From: the human T2T-CHM13v2.0 reference genome, Homo sapiens
DNA length: 64,000 bases
NCBI RefSeq assembly: GCF_009914755.1
Contig: NC_060933.1
Direction: 5' to 3' (one strand)
In this document: positions 15,051-31,867 of the stretch, in pieces
Numbering within the stretch: the first letter of the stretch is position 1
Layout: each line of letters starts with the position of its first letter
Made by a program: the position numbers and the translations under genes
Notes under the pieces: generated by a model
The model's database searches: none
Told to the model about the DNA's origin: nothing
The model's input: only the letters and a program-made list of their open reading frames with translations

Positions 15051-17333
15051 GTGAGTGAGTGGCCAAATGAGGGTTCAAACCCGGTTCTGTCGTATTCCTG
15101 AATCTGGGATCTTTCTCCAAACCACACTGCCCCTTCCTTCAGTCCTTCCTGTCCTTGGAGCTGTCCTGGGTTCCCAGCAAGCACAGATTCTCAGAAAGGG
15201 ACAGCAGAAGACCCTAAGGCTGGACATATCAGGATATCACATATCCTGGTGAGAGTCCAAAGACTTCTTTTCAAATCTGGGAGGGAAGAGGAGAGACGGC
15301 AGGAGACTCCATGCCCATACCCCATTCACCATAAAGGGAGGGGGAGGTTGGCCTTGAGGGCCAGACAGGAGAGGTTCTGCAAAGGGAGCAGTGTACCCTC
15401 TGAACAATGCCGAGGACAGCACAGGTACTATGTGAATGTTGGTGAGGAGGGTGCAGGTTGCTGGGGTCGGTGGTGGGATGAGTAGCAGTATTTTGGACCC
15501 CGTGTCTAAATTCAGCCTGGTCATAGATACTGCCAGTGGCTGTGTCTGGGAAGATGCCAAGCTGGGGTCACATGGGTCCTGCCTGCTGAACCTATAAGTG
15601 CCGTGGGGCATGTGTGGCAGCTCCTCCCACCTTCTGCCTGGACCCCCTGGAATGACTGCCTTTTGGAGAGGGTCTATATTCAGGGACCTCTAGACCTTAG
15701 CTGGGCCCAGATGCAAGGAGGTTCCACCTGTGGTCCACACTCGACTATTTTGGCAACTTCCTGCCAAGGCTGGACCACAGAATTTTCCACGAAACTCACT
15801 TCAAATTGTGCGGCTCTTTCAGCTCCTGCTATTTCAGTTACTGGGCCAGGATGGGCTTCTGGGTGTATGTATTTAAAACCAGAATCTATGGTGGGCAGAG
15901 GAATCTGGTAAGAGTCTGAGATTTAAAATCAGATATTGTTTTGAATGCCGGCTCTGCCACTTACAATGCTGGAAACTTCGAACTTGTCATTTAATCTTTC
16001 TGAGCCTTAATTTTCTCGTCTGTAAAATAGATAGAATTATAAGGCCAGGTTAAGAGGCTAAGAGGGGGAACTCCTTGTGCGAATCTAAGGACCCCTCCTC
16101 GAGGCTGGGAAGAAAGAGGTGGGCAGGAGACCCTGGGCAGGGGACCATGCCCAGATCACACCCACCACAGGGAGAGGGCAGCAGAGATCTTCGGGCAGCT
16201 TGAGGGTCAGGTGGAGACAATCACCAGGGAGGGGCAGACAAGCCCTGAGGCCTCACCTGTCAACGCACTGACTCACCTCAAATATTTACTGGGCGCCTTT
16301 GAGCATGAGAACTAGACCTCTCCCTTGCCTGCCTTGGACCAGTGCCCATGGGCATGTTGAAAGCACCTGCCTGGAAGAGAGTCTGCCTTAAGAGGGTGGG
16401 TACCAACCAGGGCCACCTTGGATATGGAAAGGAAACATCATGAAAAGGAAAGAATTTCCAGGGCTCCTGGAACCGACTGAAGACTTTAGCCTTTTGGGCT
16501 CTGAGGCTGTGCCATTTGCCAGGCTCCAAAATCGCTAATCATTTTATCCTGTTCCTTTGGCAACAATAGGGTACATGTGACCTCAGCCCGGCCCATCACA
16601 GATGCCCAATTTCCAGGCCACATTGATTGGTTCAAGAGATGAGCACATGACTTACCCAACCCAATCAGAGTCTCCTCTTGGGTTTTTATACACTGAAGGA
16701 GGCTGTGGGGAGAGGAGAAAAGTCCCTTCTGTTCCTTTAGTTCACAAAGTTGGGAAAAGCGGTCTGCAGCCATACCTCCCCATCCCTAATAGCAAACAGT
16801 AAGCCTGTCTATAAGTGGGAGAGCATGATGACAGCCCCCCAAAGAAAAGTATGAGAGTGGGAGATTGTGAACAAAACTCTGGTTCTCCCCAGCACACCCC
16901 AGGATCCTTTGGGCAGGTTGCATGGCCTCTGAACTTTGCTGCTGGATACCTTACCTGCCCCCACTCCAGTTAAGTGCACACTACAGGGCCCATGGAATCT
17001 AAGGGGAATGGCACCCCCTGGAGATGAACAGAACACATTCCACACAACCACATGAAGTAGCCCTGATTACAGGTGAGCAACTGAGGCTCAGAGGTGCAAT
17101 GACACACCCAAGGTCACAAAGACAAGGTGTCCAGACTCCAGAGCCCAGGTTCTGATGGCATGGCTGCCTCCTGGCCCACCCCTGGCACAGCCCAGAAGGG
17201 AGGCAGCACTCAGGACTCCAACATGAGTCTGGGAGCTGTTACTCTGGACAACGGCACCCCTGTGTCCAGGAGCCATCAGGAGGCCCTTGTTGGGCCAGCT
17301 TTATGAAGCCCTGGGCTCTTGTGAGCGAATTCA

Positions 17334-18030
<697 letters not shown>

Positions 18031-18118
18031 GGAATGTGGACACATAACTCTAGGTTTTTTGAGCCCAGTTCTTTTGGGGCATAGTTTTTTCAGCTTGTCA
18101 CCTAGTTTTTTGTGCAGC

Positions 18119-18588
18119 TGTGGTAGCAGGCACTGTCAGTGTCCCACCCACACTGTTTACCACTCCCCATTCTTGTGCATACCTGCGGCCTCCCTGTGCA
18201 ACCCTTGCAATCCTTTGCCCGGAGGCTTTCTCTAAGAGCCCAGAGACATGAAAGGAGCTAGCCGATAGTGCCAGGGAGTTAATGGTCTCTCTTCCAGCAG
18301 CCCTCAATCAGCGACTGTTGGGAGTTGCTGGATATATACCCCAATTCCTTCACCTCTCAGTGGGGATAACTCTGCCATGTGTGCCACACAGTGTCCCAGC
18401 CATCCCTGGTTGGATTGAGGCCCAGTTTCCCCAGTGGTAACCTCAGCGATGCATACATTATTAGTTCCCTTCCCTGCCTTCCTTATTCCCACTCTCCTGC
18501 AGGTGTTTCGTGGGATTGCCTCCCAGAAAATGATTTGGAATCTAATGTGCTTTTCTTATGGTCTGCCCCTGAGTCCAACCTAAGACAA
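18119..18588 (+). mobile_element. LTR16-like ERVL solo LTR
   Basis: Starts tgtggtagcaggcactgtcagtgtcccaccc and ends ccaacctaagaca. Confidence 0.6.
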
Positions 18589-19299
18589 CACCACATCCTT
18601 CTGGAAAATTATTATTCTGCTGAGGTTTGCCAAAATCTACTTCTGTTGCTTGCAACCCAAGGACCCTATCAAAATTCATAGTGGTCTGGAGTTGTGTCAT
18701 GTTGCACCAGGCTGTGATAATCTGATTTTTCTGAAGGCCATCAGAGCTCTGGAACGGAAGGGGGTATCAAGAGACTTTGTTCTAAGCTCTTTTGTATGTA
18801 TGCTCAGAGGACTTGAGCCACTGGTTATGTCCATGAATGGAAATGTTTGGATGGCACAAGGTCCCAGAACACCAGGTCTCTTGCGCAGCCCCACTCCTCG
18901 GTGGGTCTGTATGATAATCCCTTATGGTTGGAGGTGATCAAGCCAAGAGTCCATGCACCAGGAGAGAAGATAGGAACTGAAACTGTTTCCTGTGAGTTCA
19001 GCAGATGGTCTTGGGGTAGCTTATGGAGACAAAGCACCACACTCAGGTCTTAGAGGAGATACTAAGTTCTTAGGTCCTCAGCCAGGTTGGCTAAGAGCTA
19101 GTAGAAAATGTGGTCCTTGAAATAGAGTGCCACCTCTGTTCCCACCTATATGGACACAGCATAGGATGTCACTGGCTGGACCCAGTGGACCCACTAGAGT
19201 CCAGCTTGTCCTCAGAGCTTCCTCAAGCCCTCAGTCCAGCAGACCAAGCATCTGAAGCTGGCATCCTTACTGTCCTGAGACTTCATCCAGTGCAGGATG

Positions 19300-20350
19300 G
19301 ATTCAAATAGTCAACACACACATGCCAGGCCCTGGGCAGAGCACTGGGGATATGAAGTGACTTAAATGTCCCCCTGTTCCTCTCTTTAAGGAAATATGAG
19401 AGATAGTCACATAGGCAAGATAAGGTCATGAAACATTACAGCTGCTGCTGGGATAGATGTCTGTGCAAACATGGTCCCCAAACTGGAGTGGGCTGAGGGT
19501 CTGAGAGGAGAGCCCAAGGGGAGGTAATAGAGGGGCACGCCAATCAGGAAGAACAGCATAAGAAAAGGCTTGGAGGCGTAAAAGCCTGCAGGTGGTTCTA
19601 TCGGATGGGGTGAAGGCTCAAGTGGCCAGAGGTGAAGTTAGAGAGGCCAACAGAGGACCAGTCGTGGCGGAACTTTTATGTCATACAAACCAAGGAGCTT
19701 GGTTTTCATGCTTGAGTCATTGTGACTGAGTAACTTTAGTTGAATTGACTATCTGTAATTGAATAATATTAGGCAGAGGGATGATGTGGTCATTTTTGCA
19801 TTCAGAAAGATGGCTCTGGAAGCAGAATGGATTGGAGGAGGTGAGACTGGAGGCAGGGAAACAGCATGAGTAATGAAGGTGAGAGATCGCAGAGGCTGAA
19901 CTAGGGGAAATATAGAGGAGGTGATGGATATGAGAGGTGGTGAAGAGGTGAAATCAGTAAGACCTGGTTCCTGGAATGTAGAGGTGAAGGAGAAGCTCAG
20001 GATGGTCCCCAGATTAGCCTAAGGCAGTGGGGTGATGGTGGTGCTGTCCACCCAGGTGGGGGAACTGGGAGGTAGGGCAGCTCTGGGTGGACAGAAGATG
20101 GAAAGTTGACTTTTGGACATATTGAGAAGGGGGTCCATAGGATAATGGGGTGGAAGGAATATCTCTATTTCTATCACAGCTCTCACCACAGCATTTTGTA
20201 GATTCCTGCTCAAGAGTCCATTCCACCTCTCCACCACTGGTGAACTGCAAGCTCCTTGAGTCCAAGTCTCACTCATCTCTGGAGTCCCAGGGACTGGCAT
20301 AGTGATTGGTGCCCCACAACCGGTGCTCAATAAGTGTCCATTGAATGGTA
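19300..20350. mobile_element. L2 fragments
   Basis: catgccaggccctgggc...ttttgcattcagaaagatggctctgg...gtgctcaataagtg. Confidence 0.6.
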
Positions 20351-22090
20351 GAGTGGATGCCCCCATGGAGGGATGACTTCAGCTCATTTCATCACTGAGC
20401 ATTCCTTGGAGTCAAATCCCAAAAAAGTAGATGAAACCTCTCCTTAAAGTAGTGTCCTCCCATTGCCTGCCCCCTACAGCTCTGGACCAAGTGGAATGGG
20501 CAGGTGGGCTCTAGACCTGGGACATGGAGTTGGGTGGCTGAGGGGCCCAGGACAGGCTGTGGAGCTGGCTCAGTCCAGACCAGGTCTCCCTGGAGGGGAT
20601 GCCCACACCTGGGTAGCTCACACAGGTTTCCAGGCAGGTGGGGGCACTTTGGGCTGGAGGAAGGGTGGAGCAGGATGTGAGCTGGAGGCCAGGGAAGGTG
20701 GTCCCAGGGCAAACTGGCCATGTTGGCCATGCCATCTGGCAGACCCAAGCTCTGCTGGAGCTCAGCTCCCCCACCTTAAGCTAAACAAGGCCTCTGTCCC
20801 CACCACCCATCAGCAGAACCCATGACTCAGACCTGATGGATCCAGCATTGCCGTCATCAAGGAGTGGCTGTTTACCTCAAGGAGCTGGGCACCAGGCCAA
20901 TCTAAGCAGATGGCATGAAGGCTGCTGGGTGAGGCTGGGGAGTGTTGGCCCAGCCAAGGCACAGGACCCAGGTTTTCACTCTGACCTGGGGCAGAAGATG
21001 CAGGAATTGCCCAGCTTTCCTGCCTGAGCCCTGTTTTAGGTCATCTGTGTCCTGATTGTATTGATTCCAGGACCTGTGCAGGTGCCCAGGGCATTTAGGT
21101 CTTGGCCTCTCCTCTGCCTCCAGGAATCCCCACTTAAACCCTTTCCTTGGTATCACAGCAGCTACACACATCTCATCTCACATTCTCCTCTCCAGGGCCC
21201 TCACAGGTGCCCTGGGAGTCAGGCTGCTGGTGGTACAAATTGGTGAACCCAACATGGGAGATGGAAGAACATGTGCAGGCCCAAAGAGGGGAAGGGATGC
21301 ACCTAAGCTCACCTAAGAAACTGGTAGCTGGGCTGGGAGCTGAGTGTACAACGAGGCCCTCACCTCCCGCCACTGACTTCCTTGTTCTTTCCATTCTGGC
21401 TCTACTGGACTCCTTGGTGTTGTAGCTGCCAACCCTGTTCCCAAGTCAAGGCTTTTGCACTTGCAGTTCCTCTGCTTGGCAGGCTCTTCCCCTGCCACCT
21501 CTGCAGGACTCGTTTCTTCTCTGCTCATGTGCTACTATTCAAAGAGAAGCCTCTCCTTTGTCACTCTCCTCTTGGCCACTTGATTTCTCTTCCACATCAC
21601 ATGTCATGTGTTTATTGTTGTCTTTCTTTGTTGTCTATCACCCCACTAGAACGTAAGCTCCTTAAGACAGGGACTTTCTCCATCTTATTTATAGCTGACC
21701 CCCTGGTGACTCAGAACAGTGCACAGAATATGGTAGATACTTCATAAGTATTTGTTGAATGAACACACAAACCCAGATTGCCTCACTCCTGGTCCGGAGC
21801 TCTCTCCTGTACCTCTCTATGTCTCAGAGAAGCCAGAGGAGGAAAGAGTGCAGGAGGGGTTGGCTTAGGCTGGAGGGTGGCAGCCTTACTCCTTTGCCAG
21901 AGACACAACAGGCACTGTGACCCAGGCCACACCTCCTGGGGCCTGTGTGTATCTGGGGGCTCTCTTGGGCACTCACGGCATCCCAGGGGCATGGAGGGAT
22001 CAGCACTTACCTCCTCTTTTCCCAAAGCAGGCACCATCTCTGCCCTTGGGCCCACTGTGTTCTTCCCGTTCTTGGATCTGTCACGCAACA

Positions 22091-23100
<1,010 letters not shown>

Positions 23101-24360
23101 CATGGGAAGGCAAACAAGGCTGAGGGGTCAGTGCCTGGGATTCCACTGCCGGAGGTTGCTGGGATGTGGGTCAGGGGAGCAGAGATCAAGGCTTATTTAG
23201 CCCCCACTGACCATTCCAGACTCCTGTCATGGCCCTCCCCGGCTCCCTGGCCCCACTTTGCCCACATGGCTTCTCTGTTCTTCAGATGTGAGAAGCTTCT
23301 TCTTGCCTCAGGGCTCTCACACATTCTGTTTCCTCTACCTGCAGCACTGTTCCACTTGGCTACAGCCTGCCCTGCCCACTCAGCCCTTGGCGTCTCTGAT
23401 CTCAGATGGATAGGTCACTCTTGGATCCTCTCACAGAACAGAGCATGTGTGGTTCATGGGACTCACTCCAGCAGTGATGATACAATGCTGCTGCCCGTTC
23501 AGTACTGTGCCTCTACTTAACCAAAGCTCCTGGAGGACAGGAACTGTATCTGACTCACTCTCTGCCATATCCAAGCACTCAGCATGGAGCATGGCACTTA
23601 GCCGCTTGTTAAACTTTTACTGAATACATGAATGGTGAATTAATGGTGAGGTTTTCTTGGATGCACTGACATCCTTAATGGGCTGTTCAATAGCAGTCGG
23701 ATATAGGAGCTAGGTTCACACTTTGATGGGATGACAGATTACGAAGTTTGTTACTATGAGTGAATCTAGAAGGTATTTGTCTGAAGAGGAGACCTTGGGG
23801 TGGGCTGGGATGGTAAGTGAGCTCAGTACTCCACAGGCTGCCCTTGACTTTACTCTGTACTTTGAAGGATGCAAAATTCAAGCGTCCTGGCTCCTTGCAG
23901 CAACTAGAATGTTCAGTAGCCATTTCTGCCACGTGGATAGAAATCTAAGGTCCAAAACAAGGAAGGGATCAAATCCCTTTGCTCCCCTCTGTCCCTTCCT
24001 CACTGTAACCTGGGACACTGACAGACAGACCTGTCAGTGATCAGATGAGAAATGGAGAGAGGCCCAGGAGCTTCACATGTGCAAGGGTAGGAGGCAGGCA
24101 GATGGCAGACCTGCTCAGCCTAAAGGTGCTTGTGCAAGTACAGGAGGTTCATGCAAGTACAGGAGGCCAGAGACAAAGCTATAAGCCCCAAGGACTCTCA
24201 GGGAGGCAGACCTCTTGTGTGAGGAAGGACTGTCTTTGTTCGAAGCCATCCAACAACGAAACTGGTAGGTAGTGAGCTCCCCATCACCATGAATGACCTC
24301 CCAGTGGGGCTGCTGTAGGAAAGCCCTAGTGGAAGAAGGGAGATGAAACCCAGATGACCA

Positions 24361-25490
<1,130 letters not shown>

Positions 25491-25879
25491 GGGGCTGTCC
25501 TCAAACAAGAATCCTTCGCCTTGTCATTGGAATATTCTTGCAACTTATCTGCAGGCTTGAAATCTTTCGAAATAAAGTTTTTCTTTAAAAAAAAAAAACA
25601 CAGATTCTGATTTAAATATTTCAGAGCGAAGCTCAGCATCTGTATTTGTAAATTCTCCCCCAGGGAAATCCAATCTGCAGACAGAGCTGAAAAACACTGA
25701 TCTAAATGAATTAGAGAAACGTGTATGTAAATAAAATGTATTTTATATATCAGAAATTCTTTGAGAGCAAATATCCAAATGACTTATTAATGTATACTAT
25801 GTAAGTATGGGGGAGTTTTAGAAACTGATTTTTCTTTAAAAGAATCTTGTCTTTATTTAACCTATGAAGATACAGATGA

Positions 25880-26171
25880 GGCCGCGTGCAGTGACTCATG
25901 CCTATAATCCCAGCACTTTGGGAGGCCGAGGCAGGCAGATCACGAGGTCAGGAGTTCGAGATCAGCCTGGCCAACATAGTGAAACCCCGTCTCTACTAAA
26001 AATACAAAAAGTTAGCTGGGCAGGTGGCAGGTGCCTGTAATCCTAGCTACTCAGGAGGCTGAGGCAGGAGAATCGCTTGAACCCAGGAGGCAGGGGTTGC
26101 AGCCAGCCGAGATCGCGCCAGGCACACCAGCCCGGGCAACAGTGTGAGACTCTGTCTCAAAAAAAAAAAAA
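25880..26171 (+). mobile_element. AluS
   Basis: Alu consensus with polyA tail. Confidence 0.92.
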
Positions 26172-26749
26172 GCAAATGAACACATAATACCTGCAAAGCA
26201 AGAAGGCATCTTCCTTTTAATGTTTTATTTTGCCTTTGTTTTGCCTGTTAGTTGTGCCCACTTTGCGGTACAAAAAAATAAGTGAAATAAAAGTAAGTAA
26301 AAATGATCATTTCTGCTTACGTTTACAGCTCATTTCATATTCTGCAAAATGTTTTCCCGTCTGCTATCACCGCCGCCATCCTCACAGCAGCCTGGGAGAA
26401 AGGCAGAGCCAAAAGTCTCATCTCCACTTCGTGCATGGGTGATCTGAGGCCCAGTTAAGAAAAGTGGCTCTACCGAGGTCCCAGAGTTGGTTGCTGGAGG
26501 CACTGGCAAAGGAATCCAGGCTCCAGCCCCCTTCTCTGCCTCCTGCCATCTTCCAGTTGCTTTTTTCCTTTCTCTCTTTCTCTATCTCTTTCCCCTTCTC
26601 TCTGCCTTGAACTCTCTCTCTTTCTACTTCAACTTTCCTCTCCTTGCTCCAACCCTCAGATTGGAGTCAGCTTTGCAAGTTGTCCAAACTTTTTGTCACT
26701 CTGGAAACCTGCCAGCCCCATGGCCACAGCCCCATCTCATCAAAAGCTC

Positions 26750-26880
26750 AGCATCTGCACCTAGAGCAAGCCCTTTCCGGATGTCAGCGTGCAAAGATTA
26801 ACTCTGGTCTCTCCATCTGGCCCTAGATAAGATAAGATTAGGAGAGCGGCACTATAAATAGGCCCCCATCCTTCCTCAGG
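26750..26880 (+). promoter_or_regulatory. SPINK4: SPINK4 proximal promoter: TATAAATA 26853-26860, tandem GATA sites 26825-26840, CCGGATGT ETS site 26777-26784, CATCTG E-boxes 26752 and 26814
   Basis: Motifs read directly. The TATA box starts 71 nt upstream of the ATG. Confidence 0.8.
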
Positions 26881-26923
26881 CGCAGGCCCCAGCCAGCTCA
26901 GGCTACACTATCCCAGGATCAGC

Positions 26924-26984
26924 ATGGCCGTCCGCCAGTGGGTAATCGCCCTGGCCTTGGCTGCCCTCCTTGTTGTGGACAGGG
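26924..26984 (+). CDS. SPINK4: SPINK4 coding exon 1 (signal peptide MAVRQWVIALALAALLVVDR)
   Basis: ATG in the context agcATGg, hydrophobic leader, G|gtgagt donor at 26985. The four exons splice in frame to 261 nt (86 aa plus stop), matching SPINK4 as recalled. Confidence 0.97.
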
Positions 26985-27529
26985 GTGAGTGGGCAGAACC
27001 TGGATTCTCTGTGGCTTTGTGTTGGTAGGTGAGCTTGGGGTGAGAGCAGAAGCAGGGCCTGGAGCACCCTGTGAGGCCTCAGCTTTTTCCATGTACCTTC
27101 ATTCTGCATATGCACCCTCCACTGTGCTGGGGAAAGTTCTGGGCTGGGAGAAAAGAAACTTGGGTTCAAATCCTGACTGGCGCAGAATTACCAAAGTCCC
27201 CTACCCTCTTGGGGCCTCAGTTTCTCCAGCTGTAAAAGAGGGCATTGTTCCAGTTCAAAGCTGCACTGAGCAACTATTGGGCTGGAGGCTGTGGGGACAG
27301 AAGGGAGCAGGTAGGTCCCAGCTCTCAGGAGAGACTGACAAGTATGCTGGGTGCAGGGTGGTGGATGCTAAGAGAGACCTGGCCGAGGTCTTCTGAGCTC
27401 CCGATCTCTCTGAAAGGCTGTGGTTTGGGACTTGGGCAGCCATGTGAGCACGACAGAGCCCTTTCCCAGGACTGGACACATATACTTGGGGCAGGGCCCT
27501 CTCAGGATCTGGGCCATCCCTGCAATCTC

Positions 27530-28170
27530 ACAGCTACCATGTCAGGCACTGTTCTGAGCCCTTAAGACAGATTAGTGACCCAAACAGAAAAAGCACGGTC
27601 CTGATGGAGCATAAATCCAATGGGGTAGAGGAAAAGGGGAAAGGCAATAAACAAGATGGTTACAATGTATGTTAAACGGTATGTTAGAAGCTGATAAAAG
27701 TTAAGGAAAAAATACTTGGCAGGGTGATGGGCACTGGAAGGGGGTTGCAATTTCAAATCAGGGGAGGTATCTCTGAGAGTCCGATGTTTGAGCAAAGCTT
27801 GAAGGAGATGAGGGACTAAGCCATGTGGATATCTGGGAGAAGATTCCAGGCAGAGGGAACAGCTCAGGTGCAAAGGACCTGAGGCAGGGGCATGCCTGGA
27901 GTGACTGAGGTACTGTAAGACCAGTGTGGCAGGAGGGGACATTGTACGGAGTGATAGGAGAGGAGATGAGAGAGGCAAATTGGAACTGTACCGGGAAAGA
28001 CCTTGTTGGCCAACATAAGAACTTGGCTTTTCCTCTGACTAAAATGGGAGGCACTGAAAGCTTTGAGCAGAGAGTTATGTCTTTCAAGGGTTGCTCTGGT
28101 TGGTACATTGAGAATAAACTGAACAGGGAAGCGGGGAGACCAGTTAGGACCCGCCTGGACAAAAGCCATA
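27530..28170. mobile_element. L2 element in SPINK4 intron 1
   Basis: gccatgtggatatctgggagaagattccaggcagagggaacagc...tgcaaaggacctgaggcagg. Confidence 0.75.
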
Positions 28171-28543
28171 AGTTATAAGGCAACGCCTGGCAGGATCCAG
28201 GGCCACTGACCTCATGGCCAGTCCCACACCCATTTCCCCAGCTGGAAACAGACCTGGGCACAGGGGGAAAGGGAAACGGGTCTGGGGACCTGTTCAGGAG
28301 CAGCCTGCTTACGCCCAGCCTGGCACCTACACCTACCTACTCCTTGAGCAGTTGGGAACACTGAAAAGCCTGCTCTGAAGAAGTTTGGTTTTTGTTTGTT
28401 TGTTTTTGTTTTTGTTTTTTGCACATTTCAGACTACTGCCTGGGCTGAGTGAGGAGGGGGCATTTTGGGTCAAGGTCAAGGGCAGCCTGGGGGTAAATGT
28501 AGCTTTTCCCCACATCCCCCAGAAAGAAACTCTGACATCTTAG

Positions 28544-28894
<351 letters not shown>

Positions 28895-29369
28895 TGAACA
28901 CCCACAGTGTAGGACATTGAACCAAGTGCTGCGCAAAGGCAGACATAAAGGAACCCCAAGGAGCTCAGGTGCATAGGGAGGCGGGGTGACCCAGTGAGTG
29001 GGACAGTACATGGTGGTGTGAAAGAAGCCTCCATCCAGATCTGCTCAGGAAACTGTTGGGGACGTCAAGGACAGCTTCACTGGGGGGCAGCATCAAGCCT
29101 TGAAAGGAGGGTATGATTCGGCGGGAGGAGAACGGAGACGAAGACATTTCAGGGAGGGGACATGGCATGAGCCAAAGCAGGGCCCAATCTAGGACCCGTG
29201 AGCAGAGAGGAATAGCTGGGGCATGGAGAGGTGTACTGGGAAGTCAGCCCAAGAAGCAAGTTTAGGGTCAGCTTACGCAGTACCCTAAACATAAGACTAA
29301 GCAGCTCAGGTCCATAGGGAGGCTTAGTGATCAGGACAGGGAACCACGGAAGGGCTTTATATTTTTTAA

Positions 29370-30425
<1,056 letters not shown>

Positions 30426-31826
30426 CATGGAAGGGTTTTAAGCAGTTCAGTGACAGGTCTAGGTTTGCATTTTGATACCCCAATGCCAGGCTTAAACAGC
30501 ACATTGGGGTGACTTAGTCTAAGTTTCTGTTTCCCTCTCTCTGTGGAAATACCCTGTAATAGCATCTCCAGGAAAATATAAAACTACATTGCCTTGCACA
30601 CCTCCAGTGATGGGAAACTCACTACTTCTGGAGAAAGCCTCTTTCACTGTGGCATAGCTCCCACTGAGAGAAAATTCTGCTTCATATGGAACCCAAACCT
30701 GCTTCCCTGCAGCCTCCTCACAGAGATGGGCTCTGCTTTGTGAGGTTGAAAAGAGTCCATCTCTCCCTCAGCCCCAGGATAGCCCTTCAGAGACTTCAGG
30801 GAGCATCCTGCCCTTCTCTAATTTACATAAACGCCCTTCCTTCCACCTGTGCCATTAGACATAGCTCCAGTTCCCTCATCCACCCATCATGCTTGTCAGT
30901 CACATCACAGTTTGCTCATGTCCTTTAAGCAGTTCAGCCAGACCTTGAGGGGTACACCAGTGTATGTAGAAAGAGTCAGGCTCTGGACTGCAACAGACGT
31001 GTGGGAAAATCCTACCTCTGCCTTAACAAACTGCATTGCGTCACCTCTTTGAGCCTCTTTCGTAGTTCGTTAAACTGACCTATGCCCCAGGAAACAGATT
31101 CTGAGCTATACATGCAATTTACTGGGGAGCGTTCATGGGAGTAACATCCATGAAGGATGAGGGAAGTTGACTTCCATGCAGCACAACAGAGGCTTCAGAT
31201 GATCCTACAGGCAGCTTTGGGCGAGGGGATCAGGCCCTTTGTAACCACATCAACCCGACATGGGATATGGGCTGTTCCTGGGTAGTGGATGCAGCCCTGG
31301 GCAAGGCAGCTTCATTCTCTGAGGGTAATTCCTAGGAAGAGACTTGCAGTGAGTGGTCAATATTTCTGGCAGCAGGGGAAATGAGTGCCTCAGACTTGCG
31401 CGAGGGCTCTTGATGGCAGAACACAGCATCCACTACTATCTCCTTTCTTCCCTCTGTTACACAGCAGTAAGATAGGGGTGGAGAGGAGTTAAAATCATGT
31501 GTTCTCAATGCCCGGCACATAATAACTGCTGAATTGCTATTTTATAATTATTATATGGGACACAACAATTCCAGTGGGATCTAACTAACAAGGAATAGGC
31601 TGGACTGTCACCTTCCTAATTTTTGAATTTCTGTCTCTGTTTATGGAACCCAAGATCACATTAGCTTTCTGGCAGCCCCATTGTCTGGTGGCTCATCACC
31701 TTTCCTTGAGGAATTCCAGGTTGGGTAGTTGCTGGACCAAGCTCCCTGAAGCAGAAGCAGTCCTCAGACCCCTAGACCTGGGGTCTAGAGCCGGCATAAT
31801 CTAATTCTTGCTTCTTTGTGTTTCAG

Positions 31827-31867
31827 AAGTGCCAGTGGCAGCAGGAAAGCTCCCTTTCTCAAGAATG
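31827..31867 (+). CDS. SPINK4: SPINK4 coding exon 2 (EVPVAAGKLPFSRM)
   Basis: tttcag acceptor and gtaagg donor. The 41-nt length restores phase 0. Confidence 0.96.
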
